A stretch of 59,223 bases of DNA, the filler included. It is 8 parts of 8 records of this genome, joined end to end, with 100 filler letters (N's around TTAATTAATTAA, not from the genome) between each part and the next. Parts side by side here need not be neighbours in the genome. Positions count along the whole stretch, not along the records: positions 1 to 8,488 come from SRR31156797_24299; positions 8,589 to 17,729 come from SRR31156797_24305; 6 more parts are not named here. One strand, 5' to 3'. Below, in pieces: positions 1 to 9,070 of the stretch. The notes beneath the pieces were generated by a model that saw only the letters and a program-made list of their open reading frames with translations, ran no database searches and had not been told where the DNA came from. The translations under genes were made by a program, and so were the position numbers. Position 1 is the stretch's first letter. Each line of letters opens with the position of its first letter.

Positions 1-51
1 AAAATATTGGTGAGTGGAGGGTAAACGCTAGATTCCTTACGAATAAAGCTA

Positions 52-630
52 TTATTGCTTTTTTATAGAATCCAGAGTCAATGCAGAGCTAAAACGCATT
101 TTCTGGGCTAAGTCAATAGCTCCTTCTGAAATACAGTATCTATTTGCGATACCGTGAAGCACGTCGAAAATATAATCAATAATGTCGGTAACAGCATAGT
201 CACTGCGAAATTCTCCACTTTCCTGTCCGTACTTTATAATTTTTAAAAGCAGATTATGAGATGTTCTTTTCTTTAGGCTTTGCTTGTTGTCTACATTGGA
301 AAGAAGTTTCATCTTGTTTAAACCTGTTTCTAAATCAAGCTTAATATACCTCTCTATAAATTCTTCATATAAGCTAACAGCTGTGTGCTTACTAAAATCG
401 ATAGAAAGCATAGAGACAAAGTAAGTATCACTTGCTTCATACATGTCTGCTAGTAAAGCTGACTTGGTGGAGAAGTATGTATAGAAAGACCCTATCGACA
501 CTCCTGCCTTTTTGCAAATCTGACGTATAGTAGTTATTTCGTATCCTTGGCTAAGCATAAGTGAAATACCAGAATTATAAATTTTACTACGCACATCAGA
601 CGATTTATAATTTTCGACCTCAGAATTCAT
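52..630 (-). CDS. TetR/AcrR family transcriptional regulator
   Basis: N-terminal HTH 'GYEITTIRQICKKAGVSIGSFYTYFSTK'; 192 aa; AGGAG RBS upstream. Confidence 0.92.
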   Translation of the reverse strand: MNSEVENYKSSDVRSKIYNSGISLMLSQGYEITTIRQICKKAGVSIGSFYTYFSTKSALLADMYEASDTYFVSMLSIDFSKHTAVSLYEEFIERYIKLDLETGLNKMKLLSNVDNKQSLKKRTSHNLLLKIIKYGQESGEFRSDYAVTDIIDYIFDVLHGIANRYCISEGAIDLAQKMRFSSALTLDSIKKQ

Positions 631-966
631 GTTTACTCCTCGTTTAAATAGCTACGTTTTATAATATTTTTGTAGTTAACCATTGAGCAATTATTATTAT
701 TTTTTGACTAAATTCGTCTTTTTCTGTGTGCTTCGGGGTAACAGGAAAGGCTTTTGGCCTCCATTTATTTATTGCTATTTATTTTTATTTAAAACAGTTT
801 ACAATATTTTAAGTTACTATGCAACTCTTTTTTTTACAATAGAAGGATTAAAAAGCAATTTATAGACATTTTTATGTTATAATATTAAAGATTTATTAAA
901 TTGCCAAAACTTTTCTAATACCGTATACATAATTGACTTTATTTTGTATTTCTTTTGACATAATGT

Positions 967-1015
967 AACACCCCACTTGTTTTATAAATTATACCGTGTA
1001 AGCAAATGGGGTGTT
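967..1015 (-). terminator. Probable intrinsic terminator after the solute-binding protein gene
   Basis: Inverted repeat AACACCCCA...TGGGGTGTT just downstream of the SBP stop. Confidence 0.5.
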
Positions 1016-1061
1016 GTTTAACTCTACTCTATTGGGTTTATATTACTCTATTATTTTGCTG

Positions 1062-2747
1062 CTAGTGCTCGTCCATCCAAACCCCTTCTGGATCCCAGTT
1101 AAATTGACATCCGCGAGAAAAGCTCATGTTGTGGACGTAGTTACAGATACATTGTCCATTATTCTGTAGAGCGATAGGCACAATTTGAACATTTTCAACT
1201 ACGCTACCAACCATGTTCTTGCAGGCAACAGCAAGTTCGTCGTTCGTCTTGGCGGCTTTCGCATCTTCAATAGCTTCAAGCAGATCTGTAGGTTTTGCCG
1301 TAATTGAAGCATAGGTGTTGCCGCTCTCGGTGAAGGTCTTAGCGTAAGTAGATGTACAATTTGCACCTATATTTGTACAAAACCATACGATACCATCCAA
1401 CTGTTTACCTGTTCCGGCTGTCATTTCACTAATCAAAGCCATGTCGTTGTTTTGGTTCTCGACAGTAATACCAACTTCTGCAAGATAAGCTGCGACTAGA
1501 TCGGCGCACTGTTTAAGTAAGTTGTTAGAAACGATAACATAACCGGTGCAGGTAAAGCCATCTTCATATCCAGCTTCTTTTAGGAGTTCCTTTGCTTTCT
1601 CAGGGTCGTATCCATAGCCTTCAATCGTGTCGTCGTAAGACATCGTACCAGGTATAGCTATCTGATTCATTGCGTTATAATCTCCACCCTGCTCGGACAT
1701 CAGATTTGCGATGGCTTCGGTATCGATCGCATAAGCAATTGCCTGCCTGACACGGACATCATAGAAGGGGAGATCTGGGTTGTTGGAGGGGAATATTAAA
1801 CAATGAGCTGTCAATAAAGTTGTACGTCCGGTTTCAGTGATGCCGCCACTATTGGCCCAAGCAAGGGCAACAGAAGCATCAGCAGGAATAACTGTGTCAA
1901 CTTTACCGGTTTCAAGAGCAGCCGACAGAGCTGTTACATCGGAGTAGATGCATATCTCAATGCGATCAAGATAGGGTTGACCATCACGCCAGTAGTTTTC
2001 ATTTTTGTTATAGTATACTCCTACATCGCGTTCCCATTCCTCAAAGACAAATGGACCAGTACCCACGGGGTTTGCAGAAGCCCAGTCCATATCGTGCTCC
2101 TGTATAGCTGTGGGGGAAACAATCCAGCCGCAGGTATACAGAACGTTCTCCTCGATGGAGCTATCCCAGTAGGAAAAATGTAAAACAACGGTAGTGTCGT
2201 CGACTGCTTCATACTTTTCTATCGAATCCAACTCGCTTCGGCCATTAACTGTGCTTTGCTCTAAGTTCCAAATCAATGCTTCTGCATCAAAATCGGTGTC
2301 GTCATGGAATTTGACGTCGGGATGGATATTAATAGTCATAGTTAAATTGTCAGCATCAATTTCCCATGAATCGGCAAGCCAAGGTACAAGAGTACCATCT
2401 TCATCACTCCATCGTGCAAGAGTCTCGATGGCTGGACAAGCAGCGATTTGCTCCCAGCAGGAGTTCGTTGCCATAGTAAACGGATAGCCGATATTGCTGA
2501 CGCCACTGAAACGTGTTCCAACACGCAGGGTTCCGCCGTAAACAGCACCGTCATAAGTAATTTCGGATACGGGTGTCTTATAAAGAACCGAAGCATCCGA
2601 ATTCTCTGTATCATCATAGCTTGTTGATTCGTTGTTATTTGAAGCATTTTCGTCAGAACTGCTGTTACCGTTACATCCTGAAAATGCCATAATCAACGTT
2701 AGAGCTAGGATAAGAGAAAAAATACGCTTACTCTTCTTCATTTTCAT
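1062..2747 (-). CDS. ABC transporter substrate-binding lipoprotein, family 5 (OppA/DppA-like)
   Basis: Lipobox 'AFSGC'; family-5 motifs 'VKFHDDTDFDAE', 'PVGTGPF', 'DVRVRQAIAYAID'. Start moved from 2837 to ATG 2747, which has an AAGGAGG RBS. Confidence 0.93.
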   Translation of the reverse strand: MKMKKSKRIFSLILALTLIMAFSGCNGNSSSDENASNNNESTSYDDTENSDASVLYKTPVSEITYDGAVYGGTLRVGTRFSGVSNIGYPFTMATNSCWEQIAACPAIETLARWSDEDGTLVPWLADSWEIDADNLTMTINIHPDVKFHDDTDFDAEALIWNLEQSTVNGRSELDSIEKYEAVDDTTVVLHFSYWDSSIEENVLYTCGWIVSPTAIQEHDMDWASANPVGTGPFVFEEWERDVGVYYNKNENYWRDGQPYLDRIEICIYSDVTALSAALETGKVDTVIPADASVALAWANSGGITETGRTTLLTAHCLIFPSNNPDLPFYDVRVRQAIAYAIDTEAIANLMSEQGGDYNAMNQIAIPGTMSYDDTIEGYGYDPEKAKELLKEAGYEDGFTCTGYVIVSNNLLKQCADLVAAYLAEVGITVENQNNDMALISEMTAGTGKQLDGIVWFCTNIGANCTSTYAKTFTESGNTYASITAKPTDLLEAIEDAKAAKTNDELAVACKNMVGSVVENVQIVPIALQNNGQCICNYVHNMSFSRGCQFNWDPEGVWMDEH

Positions 2748-2810
2748 TTCCTCCTTAAATAAATTAAATTTTACAAGAGATAGAACTCTTGATAGATAAT
2801 ACAGCAAGCA

Positions 2811-2881
2811 TTGAACGGGTTCAATGAACATGTTCAATGTTGCTATGGTCTGATATTACAATATAGTTTTAAATTTGTCAA
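2811..2881 (-). promoter_or_regulatory. SigA-type promoter of the SBP gene with palindromic operators
   Basis: Minus strand TTGACA(2881-2876)-N17-TAATAT; TTGAACGGGTTCAA (2811-2824) and TGAACATGTTCA (2825-2836) lie just downstream. Confidence 0.75.
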
Positions 2882-2952
2882 ATAAAAATTTTTGGTTCCA
2901 CTTAGTGCAATTATAATGGGTAATTCAATTATTTACGATAAAAAAATAATTA

Positions 2953-3006
2953 TTGACAAACATTCTGAATTCTGATAACATCTAGAACAAATGAACATGT
3001 TCATTT
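2953..3006 (+). promoter_or_regulatory. SigA-type promoter of the permease operon with an 18-bp palindromic operator
   Basis: TTGACA(2953)-N17-TAACAT, then perfect palindrome AAATGAACATGTTCATTT (2989-3006). Confidence 0.78.
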
Positions 3007-3048
3007 TTCTGTTAATTTGCAAATATCAGTTGATACAAGATTAAAATT

Positions 3049-4020
3049 ATGTCAAAGAGAGGATGGTTAGCTATCATGTTATCCTATACCCTAAGGCGTC
3101 TAAGCCAAGCAATCATAGTGTTTCTTCTAATTGCATTCTTCTCCTATATTATTCTCTTTCTGATACCGGGCGATCCTGTATATGCTATGTATGGATCAAA
3201 CATTACACAGGAGCAGTATCAGATGTATTATGATAAGCTTGGGCTTGATGAACCACTGCTGATCCGTTTTTTTAACTGGTTTATTGATTTTCTACAAGGT
3301 GATTTTGGTTACTCTGCAAAGTATAAGATGGATGTTAATCAGTTGATAGCGGATCGATTACCTATAACAATATACATAGGTGTTTTATCCTTGACCCTGA
3401 CAGCTATATTCGGAATTTTTTTCGGTATAATCGCAGCGGTCAAAAGAGGATCATTTCAGGATTCCGTTATTACCATACTGGCTAACATAGGTTCTACCGT
3501 TCCGTTGTTCTGGCTAGGAGTCGTTGGAGTGTATTTTTTTTCCATTAAGCTTGACTGGCTTCCATCCTCTGGTTTTACATCTCCGTTTGAGGATTTTGGG
3601 CTGAGCTTGAAGCAGATTGTAATGCCAGTAACCGCAATGGCCTTTTGTCAGGTTGCCAATATTTGCCGTTTGACACGTTCCAACATGCTTGAAGTAATTC
3701 AAGAGGATTACGTTCGCACTGCACGTTCAAAAGGTATGACAGAGAAAAGTATTATTATGAGTCATGTTATTCCTAATGCAATATCTCCTGTTATAAATAT
3801 GATTGGTATGCTGTTTCGTGTTGTCGTTGCCGGTTCGGTTGCAATAGAAAAAATCTTCAATATCCCTGGTATTGGTCAGTTGATGATTTATAGTATTACA
3901 AGTAAAGATGTCGACCCACTGCAGGCATGTATCGTCATTATAGCGGCCGTTGTACTGCTCATGACTCTTCTCGTCGATATTATTTATGCACTTGTTGACC
4001 CTAGGATAAGGCTGCATTAA
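3049..4020 (+). CDS. Peptide/nickel ABC transporter permease (OppB/DppB-like)
   Basis: 'IPGDPV', 'DYVRTARSKG', 'YALVDPRIR'; likely true start ATG 3076. Confidence 0.93.
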   Translation: MSKRGWLAIMLSYTLRRLSQAIIVFLLIAFFSYIILFLIPGDPVYAMYGSNITQEQYQMYYDKLGLDEPLLIRFFNWFIDFLQGDFGYSAKYKMDVNQLIADRLPITIYIGVLSLTLTAIFGIFFGIIAAVKRGSFQDSVITILANIGSTVPLFWLGVVGVYFFSIKLDWLPSSGFTSPFEDFGLSLKQIVMPVTAMAFCQVANICRLTRSNMLEVIQEDYVRTARSKGMTEKSIIMSHVIPNAISPVINMIGMLFRVVVAGSVAIEKIFNIPGIGQLMIYSITSKDVDPLQACIVIIAAVVLLMTLLVDIIYALVDPRIRLH

Positions 4021-4032
4021 GGAGGCAATATT

Positions 4033-4899
4033 ATGATAAAAAGAAATAAGCTTAATGACGTTAGCCTATTTTTCAAGCGTTTGTTCCACAGAAAGATAGT
4101 CATTGTGGGCGCAGTGATTATCGTAGGATTTATCCTAGCAGCTATTTTTGCAGATGTTATTGCGTCATATAGTCCGTACAAAATCGATGTTAAACATTCC
4201 CTTGAATCATCATCCTCGGAGCACTTGCTTGGAACAGATGAAAATGGTCGAGATGTCTTTAGCCGCGTCTTATTCGGAGCTCGAACTTCGTTGCTGATTG
4301 GGCTGGTTGCCGTTTTATTTTCAGCAGTAGTGGGTATTCTTTTAGGAATTATTTCGGGTTATATTGGTGGTATTGTTGATATGGTCATTTCACGTCTTAT
4401 GGACGCTATCATGTCAATTCCCAATGTGATGTTAGCCTTGGCTCTAGGGCTGGTACTTGGAAACAGTATTCCTAGTTTGATGTTCATTCTGGGAGTTTCA
4501 ACGATACCTACCTACGCAAGGATCATGAGAGGTCAGGTATTGAGTATACGGAATTCAGACTATATTATGGCTGAAAAGATAATCGGTGCAAATACTGCTA
4601 GGATTACACTGTTCCATCTTTTTCCCAATTGTATTTCCCCTATGATCGTTCTGATTACTCAGAATATCGGCAACACCATTCTCACAGAGGCAACTTTATC
4701 CTTTGTTGGTTTGGGAGTTAATTCACCGACAGCTTCTTGGGGCGGCATGGTAAGCGATGGGTATATCTTTTTGCTATCTAATCCTATATACTCACTGGCC
4801 CCTGGTATTTGCATCATGCTACTTGTGTTCGGATTCAATATTGTGGGTGATGGATTACGCGATGTGCTTGATCCAAGGCTCCGCGGTACACTTTCATAG
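4033..4899 (+). CDS. Peptide/nickel ABC transporter permease (OppC/DppC-like)
   Basis: 'HLLGTDENGRDVFSRVLFGARTSL', 'GDGLRDVLDPR'. Confidence 0.93.
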   Translation: MIKRNKLNDVSLFFKRLFHRKIVIVGAVIIVGFILAAIFADVIASYSPYKIDVKHSLESSSSEHLLGTDENGRDVFSRVLFGARTSLLIGLVAVLFSAVVGILLGIISGYIGGIVDMVISRLMDAIMSIPNVMLALALGLVLGNSIPSLMFILGVSTIPTYARIMRGQVLSIRNSDYIMAEKIIGANTARITLFHLFPNCISPMIVLITQNIGNTILTEATLSFVGLGVNSPTASWGGMVSDGYIFLLSNPIYSLAPGICIMLLVFGFNIVGDGLRDVLDPRLRGTLS

Positions 4900-4976
4900 G
4901 CGGATACCACTTGGATGTCAATGAAAATGTATATTATATATCGTAACATCAATGATTTAAAATTATTATTTAGGAG

Positions 4977-5978
4977 ATGATGAAGTTGGATGATAAATTA
5001 CTGGAAATTAAAGATCTCAGTGTTGAATATCACACAGAATTTGCAAATGTGTATGCCGTAAACGGCTTGAGTCTATCTTTAGATTATGGTGAGACTCTGG
5101 GTTTGGTGGGCGAGACAGGAGCTGGGAAAACAACCACTGCTCTCAGCATTATACAACTCTTACCGACAAGAATCGGAAAAATCACTTCGGGAACCATTAT
5201 GCTTGATGGTAATAATATTACGGAGCTTTCAGAGGATAAAATAAGGAAAATGCGCGGTAATGTAGTTTCTATGATTTTTCAAGATCCTATGACTAGTCTG
5301 AACCCAATCAAGACAGTGGGCGAGCAGATACTAGAAGTTTTGAAAATTCATAACAAGAAAAAGAGCAAACAGGAGCTTGATAAGCAAGTTGATTATATGA
5401 TGGAGCTTGTTGGTATACCCGCATTTCGTAAAAATGAGTTTCCTCATGAGTTTTCAGGGGGTATGAAGCAAAGAATTGTGATTGCTATAGCACTGGTTTG
5501 TGAGCCGAAGCTTATTCTTGCAGATGAGCCAACTACGGCGCTGGACGTTACGATTCAGGCACAGATGCTGGGACTGATAAGTAATCTTCAAAAACGCATG
5601 AATACGGCTATGATTTTGATTACGCATGATTTAGGTGTCGTGGCACAGACTTGCGAAAAGGTTGCTGTTATGTATGCGGGTGAAATCATAGAATATGGTG
5701 CAGCGACGCAAATTTTTGATGGCGAGAAGATGCATCCATATACAAGAGGCTTATTTAACTCCATCCCTAAACTGGATGTTGAATCAGATAGATTGGAAAC
5801 AATTAAAGGTTTGATGCCGGATCCTACGATTAGGATAGAAGGATGCCGATTTGCTGGGAGGTGTAAATATGCTATGGAAGCATGTAAAAAAGCTCCGCCA
5901 ATAATCGAGGTAGAGCCTTCCCACTTTATTAAATGTCATTTATACAGTAAGACCTATTGTAGTGATGAGGGGAAATAG
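4977..5978 (+). CDS. Peptide ABC transporter ATP-binding protein (OppD/DppD-like)
   Basis: Walker A GETGAGKT, FSGGMKQR, DEPTTALD, C-terminal Cys cluster 'GCRFAGRC...C...C'. Confidence 0.94.
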   Translation: MMKLDDKLLEIKDLSVEYHTEFANVYAVNGLSLSLDYGETLGLVGETGAGKTTTALSIIQLLPTRIGKITSGTIMLDGNNITELSEDKIRKMRGNVVSMIFQDPMTSLNPIKTVGEQILEVLKIHNKKKSKQELDKQVDYMMELVGIPAFRKNEFPHEFSGGMKQRIVIAIALVCEPKLILADEPTTALDVTIQAQMLGLISNLQKRMNTAMILITHDLGVVAQTCEKVAVMYAGEIIEYGAATQIFDGEKMHPYTRGLFNSIPKLDVESDRLETIKGLMPDPTIRIEGCRFAGRCKYAMEACKKAPPIIEVEPSHFIKCHLYSKTYCSDEGK

Positions 5979-5980
5979 AT

Positions 5981-6934
5981 ATGGAAAACAAAATTTTAGT
6001 TGAAGCACATGACCTAAAAAAGTATTTTAAAATGTCGAAGGGTTCAGTTCACGCTGTTGATGGCATTAGTTTTAAGCTGCAGCAAGGAAAAACGCTGGGT
6101 GTTGTAGGAGAATCCGGTTGTGGAAAAACCACTCTTGGCAGGGTACTGCTGCATTTGTACGATGTGACAGGCGGAAAGATTATTTATAACGGTGTGGATA
6201 TTACCAAATACAGCCAAAAGCAGATGAGGAGCATCAGACGGGAAATGCAGATGATCTTTCAGGATCCCTCGGCTTCTCTTGACCCGAGAAAATCCGTAAT
6301 GGATACCATAGGTGAACCGTTAAAGATTTATAAAAGTTTCTCCACAAAGGCAGAGTATGAGGAAAAAGTTTTGGAGAACATGAGAACCGTTGGTCTTGCA
6401 GAACAGTATGCAAGCAGTTTTCCTCATGAATTGGACGGCGGCAGACGTCAGAGAATTGGTATCGGTCGTGCGCTTGCGACAAATCCAAAATTTATTGTGT
6501 GTGATGAACCTGTGTCCGCATTGGATGTGTCTATTCAGGCGCAGGTGCTTAACTTATTAATGGATCTTCAGGAGTCTAAAGGATTAACCTATATGTTTAT
6601 CACACATGACTTGAGCGTAGTCAAACATATTAGCCATGACATTTTGGTTATGTATTTAGGTCAATGTGTGGAATATAGTGAGACGCGTGATTTATTCAAG
6701 AGTCCGCTGCATCCGTATACAAAGGGTCTTTTAGACGCAGTTCCGATTCCTAGTTTGACGGGTAAAAAACTTTCTACTGAAGTTATGAAGGGGGAACTGA
6801 CCAGTCCTATTGATCCAAAACCTGGCTGCCGGTTTGCAGTACGCTGTCCTTATGCGACTAAAAAGTGCATTGGCACAGACATTGCATTGAAAGAAGTAGA
6901 ACCCGGACACTTTGTTGCCTGTACGCTATATTAA
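5981..6934 (+). CDS. Peptide ABC transporter ATP-binding protein (OppF/DppF-like)
   Basis: GESGCGKT, LDGGRRQR signature variant, DEPVSALD, HPYT, 'GCRFAVRC'. Confidence 0.94.
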   Translation: MENKILVEAHDLKKYFKMSKGSVHAVDGISFKLQQGKTLGVVGESGCGKTTLGRVLLHLYDVTGGKIIYNGVDITKYSQKQMRSIRREMQMIFQDPSASLDPRKSVMDTIGEPLKIYKSFSTKAEYEEKVLENMRTVGLAEQYASSFPHELDGGRRQRIGIGRALATNPKFIVCDEPVSALDVSIQAQVLNLLMDLQESKGLTYMFITHDLSVVKHISHDILVMYLGQCVEYSETRDLFKSPLHPYTKGLLDAVPIPSLTGKKLSTEVMKGELTSPIDPKPGCRFAVRCPYATKKCIGTDIALKEVEPGHFVACTLY

Positions 6935-7005
6935 TAGCTTATCGGTTAGCAATCATTTTATGTCCGTGAAAATTATTTAAGACAAAATATGAGGAGTATA
7001 TTATT

Positions 7006-7734
7006 ATGACAGATTTTGAACGTATTTGTAAGCGAATGGATAAAATGCAGCATACAATTGAGCGTTTACAGGCTATTGTAGATATTCAGAATGTTATGGG
7101 ACGATATGAAACCTTGCTTGTCCCTCAGACAATGGATCGTGTGGCACCTGAAACATTTGCTATGTGGATGGATGATGTTTCTATGGAGGTGGCTGATCGA
7201 GGTGTATATGTAGGATCTAAAGGTGTTCAAACCTTGTTCGCAGATTTAATGGGGCGTAGTGAGCCTGAGGAGGATGGGATACCCGATAGACGGGGCGCTA
7301 TGTATGTTCATCAAATAAATACGCCTATGATAGAGGTCGCTCAGGACTGCAAGACGGCTCATGCTGTTTGGTTTTCCTGTGGATTAGAGACCCCCTTCAA
7401 TAAGGATATGGGGAAACGGCAGGCCAAATGGTGTTGGGGCAAATACTCAGTTGAATTTATCAAGGGCGACTGTGGCTGGAGAATATGGCATATGCATTGG
7501 TTCAGGGGCTTTATGAACGACTATTATAAGAGTTGGGTTGATGATTTTACCAATGATACCCGTGACATAACCAATAAGGAGATTTACGACTTTATAAAAT
7601 CTACCACTTTCTTCCAACCGTATAACCCCAATGAAGAGATTGTTCCGGTTCCTCTCAACCCAGAGCCTTACGATACTCACGTTAACAGCGATTGGATTTA
7701 CGGGGACTGGCTGAAGAAGTCTTCTTCGGAATAA
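7006..7734 (+). CDS. SnoaL-like / NTF2-family protein
   Basis: 'DIQNVMGRY', 'HQINTPMIEVAQDCKTAHAVW', 'WGKYSVEFIK...WRIWHM' are typical SnoaL_4 patterns. Confidence 0.8.
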   Translation: MTDFERICKRMDKMQHTIERLQAIVDIQNVMGRYETLLVPQTMDRVAPETFAMWMDDVSMEVADRGVYVGSKGVQTLFADLMGRSEPEEDGIPDRRGAMYVHQINTPMIEVAQDCKTAHAVWFSCGLETPFNKDMGKRQAKWCWGKYSVEFIKGDCGWRIWHMHWFRGFMNDYYKSWVDDFTNDTRDITNKEIYDFIKSTTFFQPYNPNEEIVPVPLNPEPYDTHVNSDWIYGDWLKKSSSE

Positions 7735-7797
7735 CCATAAAGTGGTATTTATTAATGGTTTATACCTAACTACGTACAAACAAGGAGATAATGCAAA

Positions 7798-8488
7798 ATG
7801 AAGAATGCACTAGTAGCACAATCAGGTGGACCATCACCAGTAATAAACGCATCGCTTCAGGGAGTTGTAGAAGCATGTTTTGAATATGATGAAATAGACA
7901 AAGTATATGCTGCATGGCATGGGATAGAAGGCGTACTGCTTGAAGAATTGATAGATATGACTGCTCAGGACAAAAAGGAGATTGCGCTTTTAAAAAACAC
8001 ACCAGCAGCCGGTGCAATAGGCACATGCAGATATAAGCTAAAGGAAAATCAGCAGGACGATTTTAATAGAATTATAGATGTATTTCAAGCGCATAATATC
8101 GGATACTTTTTCTACATTGGCGGTAACGATTCTATGGATACTGCATCAAAAGTATCAAAACTTGCTAAAGAAAGAAATTTTGATTTAACGGTTGTAGGAG
8201 TACCTAAGACAATTGACAATGACGTCGGAGACAGCGAATTTACAATTATTGACCATACTCCTGGCTACGCAAGCGCTGCAAGGTACTGGGCAATTATAAT
8301 GCAGAACGTTGAAGAAGAAAACAGAGGTATGAACGTATCAGAATCTGTTGCAGTATTTCAAGCTATGGGCAGAAAATCAGGATGGCTGACAGCCGCTTCA
8401 AGACTGGCTGATCCAGAGAGAAAAATGCCGCTCCAGTTATATTTTGCAGAATCAAAAAATAACCTAGAGACTTTGGCTGACAATGTAA
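7798..8488 (+). CDS. 6-phosphofructokinase / PPi-dependent PFK, 5' part (truncated by contig end)
   Basis: 'AQSGGPSPVINAS', 'IGGNDSMDT', 'PKTIDND', 'MGRKSGW'. Confidence 0.92.
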
Positions 8489-8588
8489 NNNNNNNNNNNN
8501 NNNNNNNNNNNNNNNNNNNNNNNNNNNNNNNNTTAATTAATTAANNNNNNNNNNNNNNNNNNNNNNNNNNNNNNNNNNNNNNNNNNNN
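8489..8588. other. Artificial contig spacer
   Basis: N runs around TTAATTAATTAA (stop codons in all six frames). Identical 100-nt spacers at 17730-17829, 24048-24147, 29518-29617, 34754-34853, 43803-43902 and 51046-51145. Confidence 0.99.
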
Positions 8589-8618
8589 ATTCGAACCCCC
8601 GACCTACTGGTCCGTAGC
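8589..8618 (-). repeat. att site: duplicated 3' half of tRNA-Arg(ACG)
   Basis: Minus strand GCTACGGACCAGTAGGTCGGGGGTTCGAAT = anticodon loop (ACG), 3' anticodon stem and T arm. Upstream bases do not form the 5' anticodon stem, so this is a fragment. Confidence 0.88.
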
Positions 8619-9070
8619 TGGTAATAGAGCTTATTATTTGGTATTAAGTATTGACAAAAACGTACTATTTAGTGGGTTATAGGGTAAAAATCATATTAAA
8701 TACTTGCATTTATTATTGGGTCATTTTACCTTCTGTGACCCAGAAATTCATGCATAAATAAATTCCACAAAATAGAATTAATACAATATACTGTTATCAA
8801 ATTGATAATATGTCCTATTCAAGTTAATTTTAACATATTCTTATTGGATGGATAAATAATATTCAAATAGGTTCATTTTATTCTAAGCGAGTCTAAGTTA
8901 GTATATGATTTTACTATGCATTGGAAAGGTATTGAAGATTATAACAAAAAAATGCATGACAAAAAGAATTTTTTTGTTATTTATTATAATTTCTACCTAG
9001 AACATAATATATTTATTGGATTCTAGCAATCCCAATGATATAATAATAGTAAATTAATTAGAGGTATAAC

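Noticed and set aside
683-865. 60-aa ORF between the TetR and SBP genes
   Set aside because: TTG start without RBS in an AT-rich promoter region, with low-complexity F/Y/L composition.
6431-6454. ABC signature LDGGRRQR as an inactivating mutation
   Set aside because: I recognise this as a common variant in clostridial OppF/DppF proteins; the other motifs are intact.
8489-8588. Repeated TTAATTAATTAA motif (seven copies) as a biological repeat
   Set aside because: It is always centred in a 100-nt N spacer and separates DNA of different composition and taxonomy, so it is a concatenation linker. Neighbourhoods across spacers are meaningless.
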